The notes under the pieces: model-generated
The model's input: only the letters and a program-made list of their open reading frames with translations
Databases searched by the model: none
What the model was told of the DNA's origin: nothing
Made by a program: the position numbers and the translations under genes
Source: Octopus sinensis
Taxonomy: Eukaryota
Direction: 5' to 3'
Assembly (NCBI RefSeq): GCF_006345805.1
Contig: NC_043016.1
Location: 4,588,001 to 4,652,000, forward strand
Length of the DNA: 64,000 bases
Shown here: in pieces, positions 28,085 through 38,879 of the stretch
How the letters are laid out: the number at the start of each line of letters is the position of its first letter
Position numbering within the stretch: position 1 is the first letter of the stretch

Positions 28085-28413
28085 TTTTACTTTTTACTTG
28101 TTTCAGTCATGTGACTGTGGCCATGCTGGAGCACTGCCTTTAGTCGAGGAAATCGACCCCAGGACTTATTCTTTGTAAGCCTAGTACTTATTCTATCGAT
28201 CCCATTTGCCGAACCGCTATGTAACGGGGACGTAAACACACCAGCATCGGTTGTCAAGCGATGTTAGGGGAACAAACACACTAACATATACACACACATA
28301 CATGTATATACATACATATATATTACGGGCTTCTTTCAGTTTCCGTCTCCCAAATCCACTCACAAGGCTTTGGTTGGTCCGAGCCTATAGTAGAAGACAC
28401 TTGCCCAAGGTGC
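28085..28413 (-). mobile_element. SINE family A, lacking the 5' head
   Basis: Matches 14360-14690. Confidence 0.85.
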
Positions 28414-28617
28414 AAGGTGATAGTTTAAATATATCTAGTTATTTTCCTTACATTAACCTGAGACATATAACGTTGTGTAGATAATCGTATATCCATGTAT
28501 GTTTCAGTATAGCCGACATTTTTGTCTCCCCATTCGCTACTTTTCGCCCGCGTGTGCGTCAGTCATAATATACATGTTGAATGTATTTTGTAATAAAACT
28601 TTGTTAGAAGAAAGTTG

Positions 28618-29310
28618 GGATCTTTTCGGTTTGAACGGCAGTTTTTAACATAATTTCTAGGTAACTAAAAAATGTTAAATTTCGTATACTGGTTGAATGT
28701 GTTTATAAAACATCTTTTTCTCTTGGCTTTATTGAGAAAATTCTATAGTTTGTAAGGTATTTGTTGCTTTTTTTTCTTCAATTTCTGCAATTTCAACCAG
28801 TCACTGACGTCTATTGAGGTAAAAAAAAAAAACATTCTGTGCCGTATGAATATATTCCTCGTTTAAGAAACAGATTGGGTTTATTTACATTTTTGAAGAA
28901 AAAGGATACCCTCCCCCCACCCCTAACTGGCTGTCTATGTACCCATAGATCTATCTACCTAACATATATTAATCTGTTTGTCTGCCTTTGTGTGTGTGTG
29001 TGCGTGTGTGTGTGTGGTATTTTCTTTTATCTTGGGAGCGTTACTTTACTAATACGAAACACACACTATTACACAAATCAGAAAATATCAATTAAATATA
29101 CATACAATTTTATATACCCACATACAAACATACGCGTGCACGACGCACACACTATAATTATAAGTATTTTAAACACATTTCTCTCTCTCTCTCTTTCTCT
29201 ATCTGTAAAAGAGGTTGAAATGCAATAGATCGATTCTAGGGTCATGATTATGGGTGACAATTTCATACGACGCCGCTAGAAAAAAACTGCCGTTCAAACC
29301 GAAGAGATCC
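28618..29310. mobile_element. MITE with 28-bp TIRs
   Basis: ggatcttttcggtttgaacggcagtttt ... aaaactgccgttcaaaccgaagagatcc (one mismatch). Confidence 0.8.
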
Positions 29311-29577
29311 GAAAGTTGTATATCAGGAAGCTAAATATCGGTCAAAACCTGTTCAAATAATTTTTTGTATTCATGTTTGTCTTATTTTCTATATTACTTA
29401 TTTTGTAGTCTACCGTACACTTGCCATATATTTGTATATACACGCAGTACACCTGCACGATGTTGCGTACGAGTAGAAAATAAATGGCTCCAAAATGTTT
29501 AAACCATTGTTAATCTTTGTTAGCACGGTGGCGATTGTGACCCCGATCGCCTAGATTTCCACACGAAACAGCAACAT

Positions 29578-30345
29578 TATGTATATATGTATGCATGTAT
29601 GTATGTTGTATGTATGTATGTATGTATGTATGCATGTATGTATGTATGTATGTATGTATGTATGTATGTATGTATGAATGTATGTATGTTGTATGTATGT
29701 ATGTATGTATGTATGCATGTATGTATGTTGTATGTATGTATGTATGTATGTATGCATGTATGTATGTATGTATGTATGTATGTATGTATGCATGTATGTA
29801 TGTACGTATGTATGCATGTATGTATGTATGTATGTATGCATGTATGTATGTATGTATGTATGCATGTATGTATGTATGTATGTATGTATGTATGTATGTA
29901 TGTATGTATGTATGTATGTATGCATGTATGTATGTTGTATGTATGTATGTATGTATGTATGCATGTATGTATGTATGTATGTATGCATGTATGTATGTAT
30001 GTATGTATGCATGTATGTATGTATGTATGTATGTATGTATGTATGTATGTATGTATGCATGTATGTATGTACGTATGTATGCATGTATGTATGTATGTAT
30101 GTATGCATGTATGTATGTATGTATGTATGTATGTGTGTATGTATGTATGTATGTATGTATGTATGTATGTATGTATGTATGTGTGTATGTATGTACGTAT
30201 GTATGTATGTATGTATGTACGTATGTATGTATGTATGTATGTACGTATGTGTATGTATATATGTACGTATGTATGAATGTATGTATGCATGTATGTGTAT
30301 GTATGTATGTATGTATGTATGTATGTATGTATGTATATGTATTAT
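29578..30345. repeat. ~770-bp (GTAT)n array with GCAT variants
   Basis: Visible in the sequence; source of the MYVC/HTYI ORFs. Confidence 0.97.
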
Positions 30346-30630
30346 GTGTATATAATATATATATATATAGATATATATAGAGAGAGAGAAAGAAAGAGGA
30401 GGAGGAAGGGAGGGTGAGAGAGAGAGATAAGTATGGTTTATGTGAGTGTTTGTGTGTGCTTACAGATAGAGAAAGAGAGAGAGAGAGAAATGTGTTTTAA
30501 AACTTATAATTATAGTGTATGCGTCGTGCACGCGTGTTTTGTATGTGGGTATATAAAATGGCATGTATGTTTGAAAATATACGTATTTAATGTATGTATG
30601 TATGTATGTATGTATGCAGGCATGTATGTG

Positions 30631-30724
<94 letters not shown>

Positions 30725-31144
30725 TATATATAGGTATATAAATTAAATATATTTATAAATACAGACACACACACACACCTAGTATAGCAACCAAAAATCA
30801 TCAGCCCTAAACGCTGAATATACTGAAAGGTCGCCCTAAGTGATCTTAACACAGTTCTTAACGCTCTGACATCTACCGACTGTCATCGGAATATGTTGGG
30901 TGACCTTTGCAGAAACAGTACAAATGATTGGCACCTAGGGCTTACTAACTATCCATTAATCTTGCAATACTTGGAATGATGCCATGTCCCCAAAATAACT
31001 GTCCCAAACAAATTGTAGTTTGTCTTTCTCGAACAAGTTCTAAATACTTAACATTTTTGAATGAACTCAGTGCCTAACTGGCTGTCCATGTACCCATAGA
31101 TCTATCTACCTAACATATTATTAATCTGTTTGTCTGCCTTTGTG

Positions 31145-31176
<32 letters not shown>

Positions 31177-31439
31177 GTGTGCATGTGTGTGTGTATTTTC
31201 TTTTATCTTGGGAGCGTTACTTTACTAATACGAAACACACACTATTATGCAAATCAGAAAATATCAATTAAAAACTCCCCTCCCTCCCTCCGTCCTTCCC
31301 TCCCTCCCTCCCTCCCTCCCTCCCTCCATTCATCCATGCCTATCTTCCAGTCCATCTGTCTGTCTGTCTGTTTTTCTGTTTTCTGTCTGGCCGTCTCTCC
31401 CGCTGTCTGTCTTAATCTCTAGCTTTCCCTCTCTTTCCT

Positions 31440-31520
<81 letters not shown>

Positions 31521-31522
<2 letters not shown>

Positions 31523-31912
31523 ACGCAGGAGTGGGTGTGGGTAAGTAGCTTCTTTACCACCACATGGTTCCGGGTTCAGTCCCACTGCGTGGCACCTTGG
31601 GCAAGGGTCTTCGACTATAGCCTCGGGCCGACCAAAGCCTTGTGAGTGGATTTGGTAGATGGAAACTGAAAGAAGCCCGTCTATATATGTTTATATGCGT
31701 GTGTGTGTGTTGTGTGTCTGTGTTTGTCCACCTAGCATTGCTTGACAACCGATGCTGGTGTGTTTATGTCCCGTTACTTAGCGGTTCGGCAAAAGAGACC
31801 GATAGAATAAAGTACTGGGCTTACAAAAAAGAATAAGTCCGGGGTCGAGTTGCTCGATTAAAGGCGGTGTGCTCCAGCATGGCCGCAGTCAAAATGACTG
31901 AAACAAGTAAAA
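31521..31912 (+). mobile_element. tRNA-derived SINE family A, full length
   Basis: Head to tail match with the reverse complement of 14347-14761. Confidence 0.9.
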
Positions 31913-31921
31913 AAAAAAAAA

Positions 31922-31970
<49 letters not shown>

Positions 31971-31972
<2 letters not shown>

Positions 31973-32121
31973 GTGCGGGGTGTGCCTGCAGCTTATTTCC
32001 CATCCACATAATTCTGGGTTCAGTCCTACTGCATGACACCTAGGGAGAGTGTCTTCTGTAGCCTCGGGCCCACCAAAGCTTTAGGAGTGGATTTGGTTGA
32101 CGGAAACTGAAAGAAGCACTC

Positions 32122-32159
<38 letters not shown>

Positions 32160-32405
32160 GTATGTTTGTGTGTGTGTGGGGGGGGATGTGTGTGTGTGTC
32201 GTTGTGACTCTCTTTGTCTCCCCACTACCGCTTGACACCCGGTGTTGCTGTATTTGCGTCTCCGTAACATAGCGCTTCGGCAATAGAGACCGATAGAATA
32301 AATACCAGACTTAGAAAGGATGTACTAGGGCCGATTTATTCGACTAAAACTTCAAGGCTGTACCCCAGCATGGCCGTAGTCTAATGACTGAAACAAATAA
32401 AGATT
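31971..32405 (+). mobile_element. tRNA-derived SINE family A, diverged
   Basis: Same order of blocks with more substitutions. Confidence 0.8.
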
Positions 32406-32434
32406 ATATGTGGTGGTATAATATATAAACTTAC

Positions 32435-32639
32435 AAAAAAACACCTTTTATCAATTCAAAATGAACAATTAAATTACAAGATCTAGAAAATTACATATAT
32501 ATACGTTTTATTTATTATTCTGCACATTAATTAATCATCGGTATTATTGTTATTTTATATTTAATATTTCTATTATATGTAATTTTCTAGATGATGTAAT
32601 TTAATTGTTCATTTTGAATTGATAAAAGGTGTTTTTTTT
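32435..32639. repeat. Inverted repeat, ~65-bp arms
   Basis: aaaacaccttttatcaattcaaaatgaacaattaaattac / gtaatttaattgttcattttgaattgataaaaggtgtttt. Confidence 0.85.
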
Positions 32640-32642
32640 CTA

Positions 32643-32686
<44 letters not shown>

Positions 32687-32869
32687 TATAAATTATAATT
32701 TGTGAAATTTGATTTAGTAGTTCTAAATTGAATTTTTCCCTGTAAGTAGGAATAATATTCCTCAAATTATTATTATTATATATTATTATTAATTATTATT
32801 ATTATTATTATTTTATTATTATATTATTATTTATTATATTATATTATTCAGTAGGTTTTATTTTTATAG

Positions 32870-33150
32870 CGTGCTTTCACTTCACTACCGAGCGCAGCTC
32901 TGTGTGCCTTGAGTATGTGCTGTGATTTGTTGTGATGCAATTTTCTGTAGTTATATGTGTTTGTAAGTCCTGGTTTTTTGTTATGTATTTGTCTGAATTT
33001 TTTTTTATCATGCCTAATGCACCTACTATGTGCCTATACCATCTTTTTTCTGTTGTTATTCCATAATGTTGGCATAGCTTACAGTGTATGTAGGTTCCAA
33101 CTCTATCATGTCTGTGAATATATTCCTTCCTAGCCAGGACTGGGCAGCTA
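32870..33150 (-). mobile_element. R4/Dong-like (REL-endonuclease) non-LTR retrotransposon 3' remnant
   Basis: LARKEYIHRHDRVGTYIHCKLCQHYGITTEKRWYRH|IVGALGMIKK resembles the zinc-knuckle/REL C-terminus. It is followed by a TAA-repeat tract. Confidence 0.75.
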
Positions 33151-33163
33151 GAGATAATATGAC

Positions 33164-33166
<3 letters not shown>

Positions 33167-33250
<84 letters not shown>

Positions 33251-33297
33251 CCATCACCACCACCACCACCACCACACCACCACCACCACCACCCACC

Positions 33298-33331
<34 letters not shown>

Positions 33332-33475
33332 TCATCATTCATCATCATCATCATCATCATCATATCATCATTATCATCATCATCATCATCATCATATCAT
33401 TATTATTATTATTATTATTATTTATTATTATTATTATTATATTATTATTATTATTATATTATTATTATTATTAAT
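33167..33475. repeat. Compound trinucleotide array ATT-ATC-ACC-ATC-ATT
   Basis: Visible in the sequence. Confidence 0.95.
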
Positions 33476-33820
33476 ATTTTTATTATATATATATTTATAT
33501 ATAATGGATTGATGAATGAATTATCCTTTGTTTACCGTTAACGAGTGAGAAAATTCAATGAACAGTTACCAGGGTAGCAAAATTCACGCAAGTAACAAGG
33601 ATGTAGCGATCTATTCAAAGGTAGAAACTCCAGGTTAATGTGCAGTAATTGTGTAGTATAATGTCTTGTTGTTGAGATCGGTTCTCTTTCTTTCCTGATG
33701 AGAAGATTGCATTTTACACCGTTTATTCCTTTGGAATAAAACCCAATGTTATCTTCGAAACATATGTCGAAAAGTAAAATAATTTGAATAGCATCTGCGT
33801 TCAACTTCATTTATTTACTT

Positions 33821-33853
<33 letters not shown>

Positions 33854-34239
33854 GATATATATTATATATATATATACAGAGAGAGAGAGAGAAAGAGAGA
33901 GAGAATGAAAATACACATCGTGCACAGAACTTCACAACAAGTGAAAAATACGTAAACACACGAGAGAAAAGTAGAGGAGAAAATACCAAAAGAAGATAAC
34001 TCGCTCATCAGTTGTCGGACTGTTTTATACTCCTTACTTCGTGCGTTTACGTATTTCTCACTCGTTGGTGATGTCCTATACACAATGTGCAATTTCCATT
34101 TTATTTATTTATAATCGAAATCCACGCAGCCTTGACCATAGTAAGTCCTTACACACACACACACACGCACACACACACACACACATACACACACACACAC
34201 ACATATATATATACAGTATATATATATATATCCTTGGAA

Positions 34240-34495
34240 TACACCACGACATCAAAACCTTTGAACTTTGCCTAAAGGACCCTTCTGTCCGGCAGTCACC
34301 ATGATAGATCGGTAGCCACTACACACCTTTTTTTTCTCTCCTTGTTTCTCTCCTTGCTTTTTTCTGTGTCCCTTTCTGTAGAAGAGCGTAGGCTCGAAAC
34401 GTAAAAGACTTTTTTCAATTCCTGAGCGTTATACTAATACATCTGTTTGTTTTGTACACCACCTGTCTTCGTCTTTTGTTTTTTCGTGAACTCTT
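34240..34495 (+). mobile_element. PLE-type 3' tail with hammerhead-like motif at 34372-34407
   Basis: cttt-CTGTAGA-A-GAGC gtag GCTC-GAAAC GTA-aaag; repeat shared with 9680-9870. Confidence 0.55.
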
Positions 34496-34503
34496 CTCTC
34501 TCG

Positions 34504-34537
<34 letters not shown>

Positions 34538-34538
<1 letters not shown>

Positions 34539-34900
34539 CTAGCAGTATCGCCCGGCGTTGCTCAGGTTTGTAAGAGAAATAACTATAAAGCATTTTTAGA
34601 GAGTTATAGCCAAAAAATAGCAAAAAAATGGAACAAAATGATGGTAAATTTTTTTTAGTTAAAAAAGGTGGAGTTGCGTCCCCTAGACAGGTTTGTGTTT
34701 CTGATTCTGGACCCCATGTCGAATTTATCGATTTTTTTCAGAACTGGGGGAACTTTTCAAAATTTCGCTGCGTTAGTTTTGAATTATGACATTGGGCTAT
34801 GTGTGGTCAAGTTTCATCAGAATCGGTTGAAAGCCGTGGTCAGGGTGAAGGTACAAGCAACAGACACACAGAAACACGCACAGACAAACTGCCGTTTATA
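34538..34900 (-). mobile_element. Non-autonomous Helitron-like element
   Basis: Near-identical to 19111-19494. Confidence 0.75.
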
Positions 34901-35127
34901 TATATATATATTATATATATATATATTATATAATATATATATAGGAGAGCAAAGTTTAGGCTAGTTGAAATACGTCACAAACATATTTCAACTGCTAAAT
35001 GGCAAATGCCCTCAGTCACCGTGGAGAATATATCTCTCTTATGGTAAATAAACACTACTTGGTGTTAACGTTTCGTTATTTATCACGGGCGATCTACTAA
35101 CACAAAACAGTCAATGTATTGACTGGA

Positions 35128-35331
35128 TTATACATAAAGCAATAGGTCTCTAAGTTCGTTCATAGATACCTCTCTTAGGTACATTTCATTGATGAGAGCG
35201 GGAATAGTCTCGAAACTTCTATGTCTGAGATTCCTAATAGAGGCAGATACTGAACGTAAAAACGATTTTTCACAGCGTTTTATCATAGGAGATATCCTCC
35301 ACGGTAACTGCAATGTAATGTCTTTTAGCAA
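35128..35331 (-). mobile_element. Possible PLE RT-EN linker remnant
   Basis: ITLQLPWRISPMIKRCEKSFLRSVSASIRNLRHRSFETIPALINE resembles the LPW/LPY linker upstream of PLE GIY-YIG domains. Confidence 0.4.
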
Positions 35332-35411
35332 TTGAAATATGTCAGAAACATATTTACATTGTTTACATTATTTACATTTGATTGATATTTGTCCTCATCT
35401 TGTTTGTTGTT

Positions 35412-35457
35412 AACACAACGTTTCGGCAGATATACCCTCAAGCCTTCATCAGGTGTC
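35412..35457 (-). ncRNA. Minimal type-I hammerhead ribozyme motif
   Basis: gacac-CTGATGA-A-GGC..GCC-GAAAC GTT-gtgtt: intact core, 5-bp stem I, palindromic AACGTT stem III (dimer type). Confidence 0.65.
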
Positions 35458-35484
35458 TTGGGGAAAATTTCCTTAATTGCCCAC

Positions 35485-35555
35485 GGGCGTATGGCGTAGT
35501 GATTAAGAGTGCGGGCTACTAGCCCCAAGATTCCGAGTTTGATTCCAGGTAATGA
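35485..35555 (+). mobile_element. tRNA-like SINE head (Pol III A/B boxes)
   Basis: tggcgtagtgattaag (A box) and gagtttgattcc (B box) at tRNA-like spacing; not a complete cloverleaf. Confidence 0.75.
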
Positions 35556-35641
35556 CCTGAATAACAACAACAACAATAATAATAATAACAACAATCGAAA
35601 AATACGTAAGGAATGAGAACCCAAATGCGAAATATCCCCAA

Positions 35642-35687
35642 GACACCTGATGAAGGCTCGAGGGTATATCAACCGAAACGTTATGTT
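35642..35687 (+). ncRNA. Minimal type-I hammerhead ribozyme motif
   Basis: gacac-CTGATGA-A-GG..CC-GAAAC GTT-atgtt; core intact, stems I and II partly decayed. Confidence 0.55.
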
Positions 35688-36168
35688 AACAACAAACAAG
35701 ATGAGGACAAATATCCGTCAAATGTAAATAATGTAAATAATGTACATAATTCGTCATCGCTTAAATATAGAACTGTATATTTCAACTAGCCTAAATTCTG
35801 CTCATACCTAAACACTGCTTCGCGCTAACGCTTCGTTATATGTACATGCTCTATTTAAATTAAAGTTTAGATAGGAGACTTTAAAATGTAAATCCAAACT
35901 TGCTTTGGGCATGGAACTAGCAGCGTGTCTTAAGAGTACATTCACCACTTACGGCTACCAGGCATCATCCGCTATACTGCAGTTTCGTTGCAGGATATTC
36001 GTAAGGAATTCCTCAGTTGCACGTTTAGTATAATTTAAATGATTCATAGGGAATCACACACACATCTCACAAACGGACGCACAGGAACTCACGAGTTTAA
36101 AATGATGTGTAGCAGACATATGTATGTATGTACGTATGTAAGTATGCATACACACACACACACATATA

Positions 36169-36199
<31 letters not shown>

Positions 36200-36499
36200 C
36201 TGTGTGTGAATGGTTCTTGGCGTTGGACAGCAGAAAAGCTATTTATCCCCTCTCTCCTTAAAGCTACGTATTTTTCACACCCCCTTACTCTGTGTGTGTG
36301 TGTGTGTGTGTGTGTTGTATCTATGTATTTACGAAAGTATACCTGTAACATCACCTGTATATGACAGTTTTATTAATGTTATCATCCCATTCACCGTCGT
36401 TCTCGCCTTCACTGATATAAGTCATCCTCTTTCTGTTGTTACCTTTCCCTCTGTTACTACGTCACACTTTTTGAAACTTTCTAATTTCATCATATAATT

Positions 36500-36760
36500 C
36501 ACCAAACGCCCATGGGATTAGGGGTACATTATGAATTTTATTGAGATCCAATTAGCCTATTATTGAACTGGATGCTAGTGTAACATGTAGGCAACGTTCG
36601 GTCTTTTAGTCACTTAGATGGTAACAGTACCTGAAGCTCCGACTACCAGAAGCTCAAGCTGTGATTATTGAACTTGACCTTGAAATTATCCTCTGTAAGG
36701 CCCACGTATTTCTTCGTCGAAAAACTGTCTGAAAGCATTAATAAATCTCCGAACGAGATG
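36500..36760 (-). mobile_element. PLE GIY-YIG endonuclease remnant
   Basis: DSFSTKKYVGLTEDNFKVKFNNHSLSF resembles the PLE motif YIGLTE..FK.R..NH..SF. Confidence 0.7.
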
Positions 36761-37144
36761 TAAACAGTAACCGCTCGACAACGTAAAGTGTACTAGCCAT
36801 CTGAATGTGGCTAGCTACTGGGGGTGGGTGTTACTGAAGCTTATAGCCCCAGGAGATCATCGTCTCCAGCTGGCTTTAGACACACTTTCTGTGCCCTTCT
36901 GATATTCGCAAAGGGAAGTCATACCCTCTCGAAAACCTAAGTGATACATACGGACTATAGTTTCGAGGTATTTGCCTATCAGAAGGGCACAGAAAGTGTG
37001 TCTAAAGCCAGCTGGAGACGATGATTTCCTGGGGCTATAAGCTTCAGTAACACCCACCCCCAGTGGCTAGCCACATTCAGATGGCTAGTACACTTTACGT
37101 TGTCGAGCGGTTACTGTTTACATCTCGTTCAGAGATTTATTAAT
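36737..37144. repeat. Near-perfect inverted repeat, ~168-bp arms, ~72-bp spacer
   Basis: 36737-36904 versus 36977-37144, with only a few mismatches seen. Confidence 0.95.
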
Positions 37145-37178
37145 ATAATATATATATATATATAATATATATATATAC

Positions 37179-37332
37179 GACGGGCTTGTTTCAGTTTCTG
37201 TCTACCAAATCCACTCACAACGCTTTGGTTGGCTATGATGGAAGACACTTGCCCAAGGTGCCTCGCAGTGCTACTGAAGTCGGAAACCATATGACTGGAG
37301 GAAGCAAGCTTCTTACCACACAGCCACTCCTG
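37179..37332 (-). mobile_element. SINE family A, 5' half, diverged
   Basis: Matches 9361-9523. Confidence 0.8.
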
Positions 37333-37789
37333 TTTGAATACACACATATATTTATATATATATACATATGAGATAGAGCCACTTCCACTAATGTAAACTT
37401 TATTGATACCTCATATTTAATGTATGTGTTTTGTTTAAACACATTTAGGCGACAATATTTCGTCGAAGCAAAATCGTTTTAAGACGCAAATTGTTACGAA
37501 GCACCGTATGCCTCAAAATCAGGCGAAACGAATCGTAAATGAACATCGATAGATATAGATATTTTGTCGTTATTTCAGTTCACCCTTAGTATATTCGAGT
37601 CGCCCTTGAAGCAAATTCAAATCGCTGGTCTGAGGCTTTTGTGGTGTGTGTGTGGATATATGCATATTAGCGTGTATCAATGCCTGTATGCATATATGTA
37701 TATATGCACATATACACAGGGGACTACTTTCATGCAAAATCTTAAAGATGGCTCAATAAACTTGGAGGTAAGTTCAGAGCAATCTATCT

Positions 37790-37995
37790 ATCTATCCGCT
37801 CAGTCGAAGTCGACTCTCGGTCACTCGTTGGATCAGTGTCCTCCAGTCAGTTCTATCCTGGGCCGCTTCTTTCAGATTGGCTATGTCCATTCCGGTATCA
37901 CTCTTGATGGTGTCAAGTCAGTGGGTTCTTGGTCGGCCTCTTCCTCTCTTGCCACTGCCCATTCCGAGCATGATGTCCTTCTCAGCATAACAAAA
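37790..37995 (-). mobile_element. RTE-clade LINE 3' end
   Basis: EKDIMLGMGSGKRGRGRPRTH*LDTIKSDTGMDIANLKEAAQDRTDWRTLIQRVTESRLRLSG*. Confidence 0.85.
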
Positions 37996-38176
37996 TCCAT
38001 TGAGAATGGAGTGAGAGCTCAAATGAAATTATAATCAGGGTACTTTAACAATAATTAACACATATCTAATGATTTGTAATGTCATGAGTCTTGTAATTAT
38101 CAAATGAATAACCAAGTGCAACATAAGTATTGATGCCAAGTTTATCATAAGCACTGAGATCCCTCCTGGTTATTAT

Positions 38177-38653
38177 TGTAACGTAGTTACTCGTTGCCAT
38201 TTATTGTAGTAACGCCACTATTTACGACGATACTTGTTTACACTATAACCGTGTAATAACAATAAAATATATAACGAAGCATTGTAACAACACCGTAACA
38301 ATCCAACAAACTCTCCACGAACTATACACCAACCAACAGACGATATTCCGACAAACTGCCAAAATGACACCTGATGACTTCCTGCCATTAACGCCTATTC
38401 TCTTTCTTTCACTCAGACCGTTACTATTTATAGTCGTTCCGTCAAGTCTATTCTCACAGGGAGTATCGCGACTCTCGCCACAACATCCCTTTTTGAGATT
38501 TTGACTTCTGTAAAAACGACATTTATCATCATCACCATCATCATCATCATCAATCATCATCATCATCATCATCATCACCACCACCACCATCACCATCACC
38601 ACCACCAACACCATCATCATCATCATCATCATCATCACCACCACCACCAACAC

Positions 38654-38750
<97 letters not shown>

Positions 38751-38762
38751 TTCTTTCCAACA
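38177..38762 (-). mobile_element. Putative Gypsy 3' LTR invaded by an ATC/ACC/ATT microsatellite (38522-38750)
   Basis: On the minus strand a polypurine tract aaaaaaaggagg directly precedes TGTTG at 38762. A candidate end ...AATAAA...GTTACA lies at 38177. The distal boundary is inferred. Confidence 0.45.
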
Positions 38763-38879
38763 CCTCCTTTTTTTGAAATTTTGCTTCCGATTAGGAATTA
38801 TTTCTGAATGTTCTGTCTGTTTACGTTTTCTGTTACTGCTCCTTCTAGGGTCAACCTTCTTTCGGTGCTGGAACATCGA

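Noticed and set aside
26664-30380. Long ORFs of 100-260 aa (MYVCMYVC..., HTYIHTYI...), also at 46-47 kb and 60-62.5 kb
   Set aside because: They are translations of (ATAC)n/(GTAT)n arrays, which lack stop codons in several frames.
33084-33512. Poly-His, Tyr, Met, Asp or Ser ORFs (also 1402-1860, 38243-38876, 41000-41345, 43983-44267)
   Set aside because: Trinucleotide microsatellite artefacts with no unique coding context.
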